Shown in pieces: positions 45,854 through 55,215 of a stretch of 55,215 nt of DNA. The notes beneath the pieces were generated by a model. It was not told the DNA's origin. It did not search any database and saw nothing but the letters and a program-made list of their open reading frames with translations. This DNA comes from a virus (taxonomy: Duplodnaviria; Caudoviricetes), in IMG/VR virus record IMGVR_UViG_3300020045_003176, positions 1-55,215 of that record; one strand, written 5' to 3'. The translations under genes and the position numbers were made by a program. Position 1 is the first letter of the stretch. Each line of letters opens with the position of its first letter.

Positions 45854-46594
45854 ATGCCTTATTACTCATACCTGCAAGCAAGACCTAACCCGCAGAGCGC
45901 GTTTGACGTGTTCTATGTTGGGAAGGGTACGCTTTCTCGTTGCACTGATTTTTCACCACGTAATCCGCATCACGCCAATGTAGTTGCCAAGTACGGCGCA
46001 GAGAATATCCAAGTCGGTAAATTGGAATGTTCAACCGAAGATCTGGCATTTGAGCTTGAAAAAGGACTCATCAAATGTCTGCGCCGGATGGGAGTTGATC
46101 TTACAAACATTGCTGATGGTGGAAAAGGCGGATTCTTGTCTGGGGATCGTCATTTCACACGGACGATGCCAGATAAAGTAAATCGCGGTGAAAAGCACTA
46201 TGCATACGGAAAGCCTTTGAGCGCTGAAAGAAAGAAACAAATCAGCGATCACGGTAAAGCAGGGGCAAGTTATTTCATCAAGAATCCAATCGTCGCTGGT
46301 GAAACTCACCCGATGTACGGACGACATCATAGCGAAGAATCGAAGCAAAAGATGGCTATCGCTAATGCAGGAAAAACACCGTGGAACAAAGGAATCCCTG
46401 GGCCAAGTATCCCTCATTCATGGGAGGCGAAGATGAAAATTTCTTCCGCTAGGGCTGGCGGTAAGTGGATTACAAACGGTGAAGTTAATTCGTTCCTTAG
46501 AAAAGGGGTGGATCTGCCTGATGGATGGAGATACGGGAAGATTAATAAGGCGCTTGCGACAAGACAAGACCTACACAACATAAAGGAAAAATGA
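45854..46594 (+). mobile_element. free-standing GIY-YIG-like homing endonuclease with NUMOD3 repeats
   Basis: YSY...FYVGKG...R...E..LI...LTN..DGG; HPMYGRHHSEESKQKM. Confidence 0.85.
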
Positions 46595-46595
46595 A

Positions 46596-47510
46596 ATGTC
46601 CGGCATAATTTTACGGAGTAGCGACTTCCGCTCAATAGTCGCCCCGATCCTCAATCAAGCCTTTGATGGGATATATGACCAACGAGTCAATGAGTACAAG
46701 AAGGTCTTTTCGGAAGAAACAGGCATTGCCCGTTCCTACCACGAAGAACCCGTCCTGTACGGTTTTGGGTCTGCTCCCATCCTTCCCGATGGGCAGCCCG
46801 TTACGTATGACCAAGGCGGGCAACTGTTCGTCAAGCGTTACACCTACGATGTCTATGGACTGGCTTTTGCCATTACCAAAGTCCTTTACGAAGACGGAGA
46901 CCACATCCGAATCGGCACGACCTACTCCAAACACTTGGGCCAGTCGATGTCTGAAACGATTGAAACGGTCTGTGCAAACCATCTAAACCGTTTCAACAAC
47001 GGCTCTTATACAGGTGGCGACGGTGTAGCACTCTGTTCGACTTCTCACCCTGCCGCATCGGGTGGTAATCAGTCCAACCTTCTGACCGCAGCGGCCTTGT
47101 CCCAGACTTCTCTTGAACAGGCGATGACAACCATTCGTGCCGCAGTGGATTCGCGGGCAAAGAAGATCCGCCTTACCCCTAAGCGTCTGATCGTTGCTCC
47201 GGCGAATATGCTGGTGGCTGAAGTCCTTCTGAACTCGGTTCTTCGTTCAGGAAATGCCAACAACGATATCAACCCGATCAAGTCGATGGGTCTGCTCAGT
47301 GAGGCAGTCACGATGTCGCGTTTGACCTCGACGACCGCCTGGTTCGTGCAAAACGATGTTCAAAACGGCCTCAAGCTGTTGTGGCGTCGGAAACTCGAAA
47401 AGGGCATGGAAGGCGACTTCGAAACTGACTCGGTACGGTACAAATCGACTATGCGTTTTGGGTCGGGGTGGACCGATTGGCGCGATATCTACGGCAACGC
47501 AGGTGCGTAA
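46596..47510 (+). CDS. major capsid protein (HK97 fold)
   Basis: AAGGA SD; GGDGVAL.S.SHP, P..LIV.P, DF.T...YK..R...GW.DWR motifs. Confidence 0.92.
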   Translation: MSGIILRSSDFRSIVAPILNQAFDGIYDQRVNEYKKVFSEETGIARSYHEEPVLYGFGSAPILPDGQPVTYDQGGQLFVKRYTYDVYGLAFAITKVLYEDGDHIRIGTTYSKHLGQSMSETIETVCANHLNRFNNGSYTGGDGVALCSTSHPAASGGNQSNLLTAAALSQTSLEQAMTTIRAAVDSRAKKIRLTPKRLIVAPANMLVAEVLLNSVLRSGNANNDINPIKSMGLLSEAVTMSRLTSTTAWFVQNDVQNGLKLLWRRKLEKGMEGDFETDSVRYKSTMRFGSGWTDWRDIYGNAGA

Positions 47511-47544
47511 ACCCATTGCTCAATTTACTCAAAGGAAATAAATC

Positions 47545-49113
47545 ATGGCATTAACCAATTTTCCTAACGGGGTATCGAGCATGGGTGTTCCGGTCTTGGG
47601 AGGGCAAGTCCCAACCACGACCGGAAACTACTGGTTCGTTGATTCCGCAGGCACTGTCGGAGATGGTACGCAATCTACATCTCCTTTTCTAACCATCGCA
47701 GCGGCTGTTTCTGCGGCTACTGCTAACAACGGTGACATTGTTGTTGTTGCCGCTCGTCATGCTGAAACCATCTCAGGTGCCGCAGGCATTGCTTTCTCCA
47801 AGGCAGGCTTGACGTTCTTCTTCTGTGGTGAGGGGGCGAATCGTCCTACCTTCACCTTGGGGACTTCCACGGCGGCGACCATCACCGTAACCGGCGCGAG
47901 TACCAAATGGACCGGTGCTAAACCGATTATCGTTTGTGCGCTTGACAGCATTGTCAGTTGTATCGTCGTATCGGCGGCTAACTGTACTCTATCCTATGAG
48001 CATCAGGATACGTCAGCGACTGTTGAGGCAGTGACTTCGTTGCTGACCACGGCAGCGGCAGACAACCTGACAGTGGATCTGAAGTATATCGGCTTCCCTG
48101 CAGGTAATGCTTGCGTCGCACCAATCCAGCTAGTTGGATGTAATAACGCGGTCATTAATCTGGACTTCTACGGCCTAGCGAGTACGTCGGTAGTGAATTT
48201 CATCACCCCGGCTAGTTCGAATATCGAAGTATATGGCTACGCTTACAACGCCACGGACACGACTGGCGCCAAGCTGGTCGTGGATACGGTGGGTGGTAGC
48301 ACCTGGTTTGCTAACCTCTACGCTGGAGCCGCAGGCGCGCAGTTCTCTGGCGGATCGGGCGCGGCGATTGCGACTGACGACGTGCAGGCTCTGTTGGCTG
48401 TTCCGACAGCGGACGCTACCACGAACGTCTATGAGCGGGATGTAATCGGTATCAAGACAGATGCAGCGGTGACAGCCGTGGGGACTACCAAGTCCATCAC
48501 GGCTTACGCCAAGGGCTTGGTAACGATGAACACTGTTCAATCGGCGGATGCGACTAACAACGCCTTTGCCGGAGATGTTGTCGGTAACAAGACGGATGCG
48601 GCGGTTACTGAAGTTGGGACTACCAAGTCCTTGGCAGCCTACGCCAAAGGTCTGGTCGGCCAGATGTGGGCCAGCCCGATCTGTGTGGAGAAGGCTGACG
48701 GTGCGGTACTGAGTGGGGATGATCCTATCTTCACCATCTCTGGCGGCCCAGTTCGAATTTTGTCAATTACTGGCATCGTAACAACTCAGATTGGTGCCGG
48801 TACGACAAACGTCAAACTGGAGTTGGACACAACGACCCCATCGGCGACCGTGCAGATGAATGCTGGAGCGGTAGATATCGATGCAGACGCTGCTGGGACT
48901 TCGTATCGTTCCATCAACACCACGGGAATTTTCACACCAATTACCGCTGGATTTGTACTTATCGCCAATGCTTTTGCTGTGCTTGACACAGAGTACCTTG
49001 CCCCAATCGGAACGATTCAGTTTAACTCTGATGCGGCCCGTGCCGGAAACATCAAGTGGTATTTGAGCTACATCCCACTTTCCCCTAACAGCCGAGTCAC
49101 GGCAGCCGCCTAA
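47545..49113 (+). CDS. virion structural protein (head fibre/beta-helix-like) with 45-aa duplication
   Basis: TNFPNG start typical of post-MCP genes; PF.TI..A beta-helix cap. Confidence 0.6.
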   Translation: MALTNFPNGVSSMGVPVLGGQVPTTTGNYWFVDSAGTVGDGTQSTSPFLTIAAAVSAATANNGDIVVVAARHAETISGAAGIAFSKAGLTFFFCGEGANRPTFTLGTSTAATITVTGASTKWTGAKPIIVCALDSIVSCIVVSAANCTLSYEHQDTSATVEAVTSLLTTAAADNLTVDLKYIGFPAGNACVAPIQLVGCNNAVINLDFYGLASTSVVNFITPASSNIEVYGYAYNATDTTGAKLVVDTVGGSTWFANLYAGAAGAQFSGGSGAAIATDDVQALLAVPTADATTNVYERDVIGIKTDAAVTAVGTTKSITAYAKGLVTMNTVQSADATNNAFAGDVVGNKTDAAVTEVGTTKSLAAYAKGLVGQMWASPICVEKADGAVLSGDDPIFTISGGPVRILSITGIVTTQIGAGTTNVKLELDTTTPSATVQMNAGAVDIDADAAGTSYRSINTTGIFTPITAGFVLIANAFAVLDTEYLAPIGTIQFNSDAARAGNIKWYLSYIPLSPNSRVTAAA

Positions 49114-49124
49114 GGATAACTGAC

Positions 49125-49646
49125 ATGAGTAATATTGATCGTTTGGCATACAACAAGGCAGGCCAGTTATTCTCTGCATCCAACGTCGCGGCAAAGGTAG
49201 TTTCCGCTGTCGGGACGTCAATGACGGGGGTTATTCTCTACAACCCTACGGGGTCTGGAAAGACTCTCTACATTGTTGATGTAGGTTGGGCATGGACCAC
49301 GGCACCTGGGGCAGTTCATAACATCGGACTTGCTGTCATGGCACCGAATCCGACTGTTCCAACGAGCTTGACCGCTATCGGGTCGGGTGTGTTGAGCGGA
49401 CAGGGTACAGGCAATCGGGGTAACTCGGTGGCTCAGGCTTACGATGCGGCTACTGTCGCGGCGGCACCTGTCATTCAACGTATCTGCTTCGGTGCATCGT
49501 ATGGGTCAGGCGTTGGGGAATCACCCCATTGCTTGATTGATTATGTCGATGGTGCGTTGGCCGTTTCTCCGGGTGGAGTGATTTGTTTCGCTCGCGTCAC
49601 CACAGATGCAACAGGTGTTGGTTCGATCAGTTGGATTGAGCAGTAA
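49125..49646 (+). CDS. putative virion structural protein
   Basis: Beta-rich; L.NP.GSG motif; AAGGA SD. Confidence 0.55.
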   Translation: MSNIDRLAYNKAGQLFSASNVAAKVVSAVGTSMTGVILYNPTGSGKTLYIVDVGWAWTTAPGAVHNIGLAVMAPNPTVPTSLTAIGSGVLSGQGTGNRGNSVAQAYDAATVAAAPVIQRICFGASYGSGVGESPHCLIDYVDGALAVSPGGVICFARVTTDATGVGSISWIEQ

Positions 49647-49656
49647 AGGGGTTGTC

Positions 49657-50088
49657 ATGGCTCAAGTCACCGTCACGAAATTAAGTGAGGGGCCGGCGTC
49701 TGTCATTGTTCAGGTCGATTTACTGAACAATGACAACTCTCCTGAACTTGTCAATTACACGGTTCTCTCTCCGTCCATGTTGGACCCGCCTCTGTCCAAT
49801 ACCGCTCCTACCTTCCGTATTGCCCAGATTTGGTACTCAATGGCCTGGTTTGACATCGCCTTGAGTATGGGAGGGCCAGTCTATAAGCCGATCTGGACTA
49901 TGTCCAGGGATACCAGCAATCATATCGACTTCCGCGACTTTGGCGGTTTAACTGATTTATTCACCTTTACTCACCCCGTTCAGACTGATTCAGGGTCAAT
50001 TCAGATTACCACGAATGGATTTGCCACGGCAGGTTCAATGGGGCATTTTGTGCTTGAGTTAAGGAAACTTCGGAATGTCGGTCAGTGA
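49657..50088 (+). CDS. putative virion structural protein
   Basis: DF..FGG...G.I...T.G...LE.RK motif. Confidence 0.55.
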   Translation: MAQVTVTKLSEGPASVIVQVDLLNNDNSPELVNYTVLSPSMLDPPLSNTAPTFRIAQIWYSMAWFDIALSMGGPVYKPIWTMSRDTSNHIDFRDFGGLTDLFTFTHPVQTDSGSIQITTNGFATAGSMGHFVLELRKLRNVGQ

Positions 50089-50500
50089 GCGAATCCAGGG
50101 ACTCAGAGGGGATCGGTCGAGGGATAGTGTAGGTCTGTTCGGCTACCAGACCACTGGAGGAGGGGGATCGCTATCTGTCGTCCTGACTTCCCCGGATGAC
50201 GGTACGCCGACGAGTTCTGGAACGTCCAATGCACTGGTAACGAGTTCCGTAGGAAGCGGGATTCTTTATCGTGGATGCGTGAGCAATGGCGGTTCTTGCA
50301 CGAATGCACAGCTTATCGCTGGGACTGGGGGTAACTTGGTTGCTGCATCGTGCGGGAACCAGGCTATTACGGCTTCCGGTGTTCAAACCATAACGAGTAT
50401 CACAGGATTAGATTCAGCGACCACGTACCAAATCAAGTTCCTTGCCTACAGCGGAGGATTCTATTCGCTACAGTCTAGTGTGGATTTGACGACATCATGA
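50075..50500 (+). CDS. FN3/Ig-like protein (putative)
   Basis: ITGLDSATTYQI resembles the FN3 signature. Confidence 0.45.
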   Translation: MSVSERIQGLRGDRSRDSVGLFGYQTTGGGGSLSVVLTSPDDGTPTSSGTSNALVTSSVGSGILYRGCVSNGGSCTNAQLIAGTGGNLVAASCGNQAITASGVQTITSITGLDSATTYQIKFLAYSGGFYSLQSSVDLTTS

Positions 50501-51480
50501 CCACTTCAGGGACGGTAGCGACAACCACAATTCTTACGTCATCTCTGATCGAGCATGCGTATCGGAGAATAGGAAAACCCGCTTCTGCGCAGACCCCAGA
50601 AGGGGTGCAGATATGCCTTGAGTCTCTTTATCTCCTGCTTCTTGGATTGAGTAGTCGCGGGCTGAATTTATGGTGTATTGAGACAGATTATGTCAGTCTC
50701 ATCACCAATCAGGCGACCTACGCAATGCCAGCAGGGACGATTGATGTTCTGAATGTCGTCTATTCGCAACCCACTCAGACGACGGGAACGGATACAACGA
50801 CATCGACAACGACCAAGACTACCCTGACGAGTTCGACTTCAATCTATCGGATCGGTCTGGTATTCAGCACCATTTCAGCCAGTGATACGGTGGTTATCGC
50901 TTCCTCAACGGATGACATTACCTACACCACGCGAAGCTCAACAACGAAGACTGATTGGGCGACCAGTACAACGTATTGGATCAATCTCGATCCATTTGCG
51001 ACGGCGACGTATTGGAGAGTCAGCACCACTTCAACGTCTGCGGCGAGTACGTTCTACCTTGCCTCAAGCATTTACGATCTTCCGGTAACGATCTGGAATC
51101 GGGACACGTACTTTGCCATGAACAACAAGGGACAATCAGGACGACCATCAACAAATTATTACTATGAGAAGTTATTGACGCCTCAAGTAACTTTGTGGCC
51201 GGTTCCGACTAATTCCACGGATCACTTGACCATTGTACGTCACCGTCAAATCGAAGACATTGGAACTCTTACCCAGACGCTTGACCTTCCCCAAAGATGG
51301 CTAGAAGCGATCATCTGGCAATTGGCAGAGCGTTTGTGCTTTGAACTGGATGGAATAGACCCAACACGGATGGCGATGGTTTTAGATCGAGCAGCTCAGA
51401 ACTTGATTACCGCAGAGGGCGACGAAACGGATGGCGCACCCATATATTTTACGCCCTCAATATCGTGTTATACGTCATAA
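50497..51480 (+). CDS. head-tail adaptor/connector protein
   Basis: MTTSGT, RGLNLW, GRP..YY, LWPVP, P.RW..AI motifs. Confidence 0.7.
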   Translation: MTTSGTVATTTILTSSLIEHAYRRIGKPASAQTPEGVQICLESLYLLLLGLSSRGLNLWCIETDYVSLITNQATYAMPAGTIDVLNVVYSQPTQTTGTDTTTSTTTKTTLTSSTSIYRIGLVFSTISASDTVVIASSTDDITYTTRSSTTKTDWATSTTYWINLDPFATATYWRVSTTSTSAASTFYLASSIYDLPVTIWNRDTYFAMNNKGQSGRPSTNYYYEKLLTPQVTLWPVPTNSTDHLTIVRHRQIEDIGTLTQTLDLPQRWLEAIIWQLAERLCFELDGIDPTRMAMVLDRAAQNLITAEGDETDGAPIYFTPSISCYTS

Positions 51481-51489
51481 GACATTGTC

Positions 51490-51750
51490 ATGAGCTTCTA
51501 TCTACCTGTACGAACGAGTGGAACCGTTGCAATCGGGATATGCGCTCGATGCAACAAGAAGATGCAGTATTCCGAATTGGTTCAGGATCATGACACACAG
51601 CAATGGGTATGCAGAGAAGATCAGGACATTCCAGACCCGTGGAGACAACAACAGCGCGGGCCGGATTACATCAACCTCGACCATCCGCGACCGGATACAG
51701 ACATTTCAACAACGGTTGAAGAAGATGACGATCCACCTGTGCAGCGATAA
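51490..51750 (+). CDS. small zinc-binding virion-module protein
   Basis: ICARC...VC..D...PRPD. Confidence 0.6.
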   Translation: MSFYLPVRTSGTVAIGICARCNKKMQYSELVQDHDTQQWVCREDQDIPDPWRQQQRGPDYINLDHPRPDTDISTTVEEDDDPPVQR

Positions 51751-51759
51751 GGAAAAGAC

Positions 51760-52395
51760 ATGACAGCCGCTGCTTCGATGACGTTTGACTCGTTGATGGA
51801 TGACATTGAGATATACTGTGAGCGTTCCGATGAGCCATTTTTATCACAACGGCATAGATTTGTGATGATGGCAGAAAATAGGCTCGCCTCAGAAGTCAGG
51901 GGACTAGGCTTCCAGCAATACGTCACGACCACCATATCGTCATCAACCTTCGCCAAACCCGTCCGGTGGAGAGAAACAATCTCCCTGAATATCACCGTTA
52001 GCTCTCAGCGTGTTTTCCTTCAGAAGAGGGAATATGACTATTGCCGGGCTTACTGGCCGAATCCTGCCTTGACCGGGGTGCCGAAGTTCTACGCGGATTA
52101 CGAGTTTGAACATGCTCTGATCGTTCCGACTCCAGCCGCGACGTATTCCGCCGAACTAGCCTATTACGAAAGACCGGCTCCTTTGTCGTCAGAGAATCAA
52201 GAGAACTGGACGACGCAATATGCCCCTCAGTTGATTCTGTTTGCCTCACTTCTGGAAGCGCAACCCTTCCTGAAACGACCGGAACGGACAGTAGAGTTCC
52301 AGGCATTGTACGACAGAGCTTTGGCAGGAATCACACAAGAGAGCCTTCGACGGGTATCAGACAGAGTATCAGTTAAAGGAGGCGCGGCAGAATGA
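51760..52395 (+). CDS. tail adaptor/tubular protein
   Basis: AENR, G.PKFY, PTP, NW....P...L...L.EA motifs. Confidence 0.7.
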   Translation: MTAAASMTFDSLMDDIEIYCERSDEPFLSQRHRFVMMAENRLASEVRGLGFQQYVTTTISSSTFAKPVRWRETISLNITVSSQRVFLQKREYDYCRAYWPNPALTGVPKFYADYEFEHALIVPTPAATYSAELAYYERPAPLSSENQENWTTQYAPQLILFASLLEAQPFLKRPERTVEFQALYDRALAGITQESLRRVSDRVSVKGGAAE

Positions 52396-54794
52396 CGACG
52401 TACACAAATGTTTGGGGTGATGACACAATCCCCCCTTCCGAGTATTCCTATGCTGCTGTTTCACTGACAGCCAACACGACATTTGAATGGCCGCAGTTAG
52501 CTACTTCAGCTAATCTCATTGCCCAGTTGATGGAAGTCACGGCGACGGACGCAAGTTCGTTTGTCCTGACCATGCCAGCGGCGAATCAAGTCTCGACCGC
52601 CATGCCAACACTCATGCGGAATCTTGGGTCGGCCACCTTCACGGTATCAGATAGTACGGGTGGAGTAATCACGACGATTGCATCAGGAGTCGGGAAGCTC
52701 ATCTACATCACTTCAAACGCGACTGCCGCTGGAGTGTGGGCTTCCCTTACATACGGAACCGGGTCATCTTCAGCAGATGCGTCGGCTCTGGCCGGGTATG
52801 GAACTAAAGCAACCTCGGCGACACTTTCAACCAAGATAGCGGTTACGACTAAGGGATCAAGTTGGACCGTCGCTACGACTGACCGGGCGACCCTGTTTGT
52901 CTCAACATCTGGAAGTATAACCGCATCACTCCCAGCAGCAGCGACCGCAGCGACGGACTTCTTTGTCGGTATGAGGAATTCAGGGACTGGGACACTGACG
53001 ATTGATCCGAACGGGGGAGAGACTATCGATGGGGAAGCGACCCTAGCCATAGCCCCTGGAGAATCTGCTTACGTCGTCTGTTCAGGGACTACTTGGTACA
53101 CACTTGGGTATGGTCGGTCAGTTCAATGGCAATTCACTAAATTAGTGAAGAGTGTCACTGCTGGAGGAACGATCACCCTCACGGCGGCGGAAGCGAATAA
53201 CAAGCTTCTTCAATTCACGGGTTCTCCTTCTGACAATATCATTATTGTTGTCCCTGACGTGGTAGCTGTTTATTACTGTCAGAACACGTATTCAGGGGCT
53301 AATACGCTTGCGATCAAGACCGCTTCAGGTGCATCTGTCACTACGGCGGCATTGTCAAAGACCATCGTTTATTGCGATGGGGTTGATGTCGCTCAAGCAC
53401 AGACGACCGCAGCACCAGCAGCAAGTCTATCAGGCGGGACAGCGGGGGCGATTCTTTACCAAGTAGCTCTGGATACGACAGGATTCTCGGCGGTAGGCAC
53501 CACGGGAGATATTGTCGTATCAGGGGGGACGGGTGCGCCGACATTTACCACCAGTCTAACCGTTGCGCAAGGTGGGTCAGGGCGAGTTACAGGGACTACG
53601 GCGTACTCCTTGATTGCCACAGGAACGACAGCCACAGGCGCACAACAGACCTTAGCGAATGGTGCGACTACAGAGATACTCGTCGGGGGCGGGGCGTCTG
53701 CTTTGCCCGTATGGACAGCCGCAACCGGATCAGGATCACCCGTCAGAGCAACCAGTCCAAGTCTCACCACACCGAATCTTGGAACGCCTTCTGCGGGAGT
53801 TCTCACTAATTGTACTGGAACGGCTTCAGGACTCACCGCAGGGAATGTCACAACCAATGCGAATCTGACCGGGGCAGTAACCTCTGTTGGAAATGCTACG
53901 TCACTCGGCTCATTCTCATCTGCGAATCTTGCTTCTGCATTAACAGATGAAACTGGAAGCGGATTGGCAGTATTCGCTACTTCTCCAGTTCTTACTACTC
54001 CTAATCTTGGAACGCCTTCAACTCTGGTCGGAACGAATATCACCGGCACGGCGGCAGGTCTTACGGCGGGTGCAGCGACTACTGCAACGACAGCGACGGT
54101 AGCGAATGGAGTAGGCTCCGCCACTACCACCGGAAGCGTATCAGGAGCGACTGCGCCAGTGATCGGGCAAGCCTTGATTGCGACAAGTTCAACAGGGGCG
54201 ACTTGGCAGAATACGCCCGGGGGTGGAGATGCGCTCACTGCTCAACCATTAAGCCAATTCGCGGCGACGACTTCACTCCAACTCAAAGGGGTGATATCCG
54301 ACGAAACCGGATCTGGATTGCTTGTTTTCGCTACGGACCCGGTACTAACTACTCCGAACATTGGAACACCTTCAGCCGGGACACTTACGAATTGCACCGG
54401 ACTCCCGGCAGCGGGCGTATCAGGCACAGCACTTGTCTCCGCAGCGATAGGGACGACCGTACAAGCCTATGACGCGGACTTGACGACGTGGGCGGGGATT
54501 GTGCCGGGGGCAAACGTAGGAACGGCTCTGGCAATAGCGGTAGGGTCAGCGGGTGCGTTTGTTACGTTCAATGGAGCGCTAGGGACTCCATCAAGCGGGA
54601 CTCTCACGAATTGTACGGGATTACCCGCCGCAGGGGTGACAGGAACCGCAGCAATTCTCGGGGCGAATTCCTTTACAGCTTTCATCTCGGCCCAGAATGC
54701 CGCCGTAAATTCAACTTGCCGCTTCTCCAATTCAAGTACTCCTGATTGCAATCGAGCAAGTTGCTCTTTCGCAACGGCTCTAGCAATCAGGTGA
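52392..54794 (+). CDS. tail fibre protein (genuine only to about 54680)
   Basis: Thr/Gly/Ala-rich; repeated LTTPNLGTPS..LTNCTG and DETGSG..VFAT units. Confidence 0.8.
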   Translation: MTTYTNVWGDDTIPPSEYSYAAVSLTANTTFEWPQLATSANLIAQLMEVTATDASSFVLTMPAANQVSTAMPTLMRNLGSATFTVSDSTGGVITTIASGVGKLIYITSNATAAGVWASLTYGTGSSSADASALAGYGTKATSATLSTKIAVTTKGSSWTVATTDRATLFVSTSGSITASLPAAATAATDFFVGMRNSGTGTLTIDPNGGETIDGEATLAIAPGESAYVVCSGTTWYTLGYGRSVQWQFTKLVKSVTAGGTITLTAAEANNKLLQFTGSPSDNIIIVVPDVVAVYYCQNTYSGANTLAIKTASGASVTTAALSKTIVYCDGVDVAQAQTTAAPAASLSGGTAGAILYQVALDTTGFSAVGTTGDIVVSGGTGAPTFTTSLTVAQGGSGRVTGTTAYSLIATGTTATGAQQTLANGATTEILVGGGASALPVWTAATGSGSPVRATSPSLTTPNLGTPSAGVLTNCTGTASGLTAGNVTTNANLTGAVTSVGNATSLGSFSSANLASALTDETGSGLAVFATSPVLTTPNLGTPSTLVGTNITGTAAGLTAGAATTATTATVANGVGSATTTGSVSGATAPVIGQALIATSSTGATWQNTPGGGDALTAQPLSQFAATTSLQLKGVISDETGSGLLVFATDPVLTTPNIGTPSAGTLTNCTGLPAAGVSGTALVSAAIGTTVQAYDADLTTWAGIVPGANVGTALAIAVGSAGAFVTFNGALGTPSSGTLTNCTGLPAAGVTGTAAILGANSFTAFISAQNAAVNSTCRFSNSSTPDCNRASCSFATALAIR

Positions 54795-54850
54795 TCCACA
54801 TCGCTTTGTGAGTACGACGGGTGCATTTCATTGTCTGGCAAACCACTCAT
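54665..54850 (-). CDS. 5' part of a coiled-coil protein gene in inverted orientation
   Basis: GGGGAAGGGA SD; MSGLPDNEMHPSY...EMKAVKEF then runs into antisense fibre sequence. Confidence 0.5.
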
Positions 54851-54893
54851 TCTTGTTCCCTTCCCCGGTCTTTGCCGGCGATTGTTTAAAACG

Positions 54894-55214
54894 CTACAGC
54901 GTGCAGACCTTGGCCTTTTTCCAAGTGATGATATCTTTACCGTAACCGATCCAGATGTCCGCGCCGTGGTATTCTGCAAAATCCCCATCACCAATGTTGA
55001 TGTCCAATTCCCCATCAAAAGTATGGCTCATCGTGGGTGAGTTATCTACTCCGTCGTACAGCCTAAAGCCCCCTCCGGGCTTCTTGACGAAGGCTTGACC
55101 ACCGAACAGCGCGACGACCCAGACGCTGAGTTCTTGGCCGTTCTCTTGAGGCGTCGGGACTATCTGCGCGGAGACGCCTGACCTGTCGTTCCTGGTGCAA
55201 TAAATCCCTGCCTC
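54894..55214 (-). CDS. 3' part of a hypothetical protein (partial)
   Basis: Own translation ...LSVWVVALFGGQAFVKK...ADIWIGYGKDIITWKKAKVCTL*; open to the window end. Confidence 0.55.
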   Translation of the reverse strand, partial: EAGIYCTRNDRSGVSAQIVPTPQENGQELSVWVVALFGGQAFVKKPGGGFRLYDGVDNSPTMSHTFDGELDINIGDGDFAEYHGADIWIGYGKDIITWKKAKVCTL

Positions 55215-55215
55215 T

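Noticed and set aside
45825-46595. Group I intron around the endonuclease
   Set aside because: Flanking genes are complete, and there is too little non-ORF sequence for a catalytic core
53456-54238. 260-aa antisense ORF and other shadow ORFs over long genes
   Set aside because: Mirror of Thr/Gly/Ala codon bias; no SD or motifs
54467-55018. 183-aa minus-strand ORF as one gene
   Set aside because: Composite of an off-frame 5' part, a real gene start at 54850 and antisense tail-fibre sequence

Overview
A large part of a tailed dsDNA phage genome (podovirus-like; likely proteobacterial, possibly betaproteobacterial, host). It contains ejection/pilot proteins (1-5560), a leftward early block (many small ORFs, lar, ninB, SSB, YqaJ exonuclease, ERF, DUF6745 pair), a divergent control region with a lone LuxR-type HTH and no CI or integrase, and a rightward replication/modification block (ParB-like protein, DEAH helicase, TOPRIM primase, SNF2 helicase, amino-MTase, NinG, TGT-like plus QueF-like pair). 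These are followed by a second leftward block (C5-MTase-like, DUF932), TerS/TerL, an antisense accessory island (SpoU MTase, lipoprotein, deleted MTase), then portal, Tad2-like, GroES-like, scaffold, capsid and tail genes. Lysis and nozzle genes were not seen, and both window ends look chimeric. The most notable signals are: (1) three Fur-box palindromes on virion-gene promoters; (2) a parS-like palindrome inside the ParB-like gene that recurs at the packaging and portal control regions; (3) a promoter-driven ~550-nt hairpin-dense noncoding RNA; (4) a frame-independent GCTAAC array between terS and terL; (5) a homing endonuclease looped out by a long-range RNA helix; (6) a minimal TGT-like/QueF-like base-modification module with an apparent ATT start. 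All family calls come from motif recognition, not database searches.
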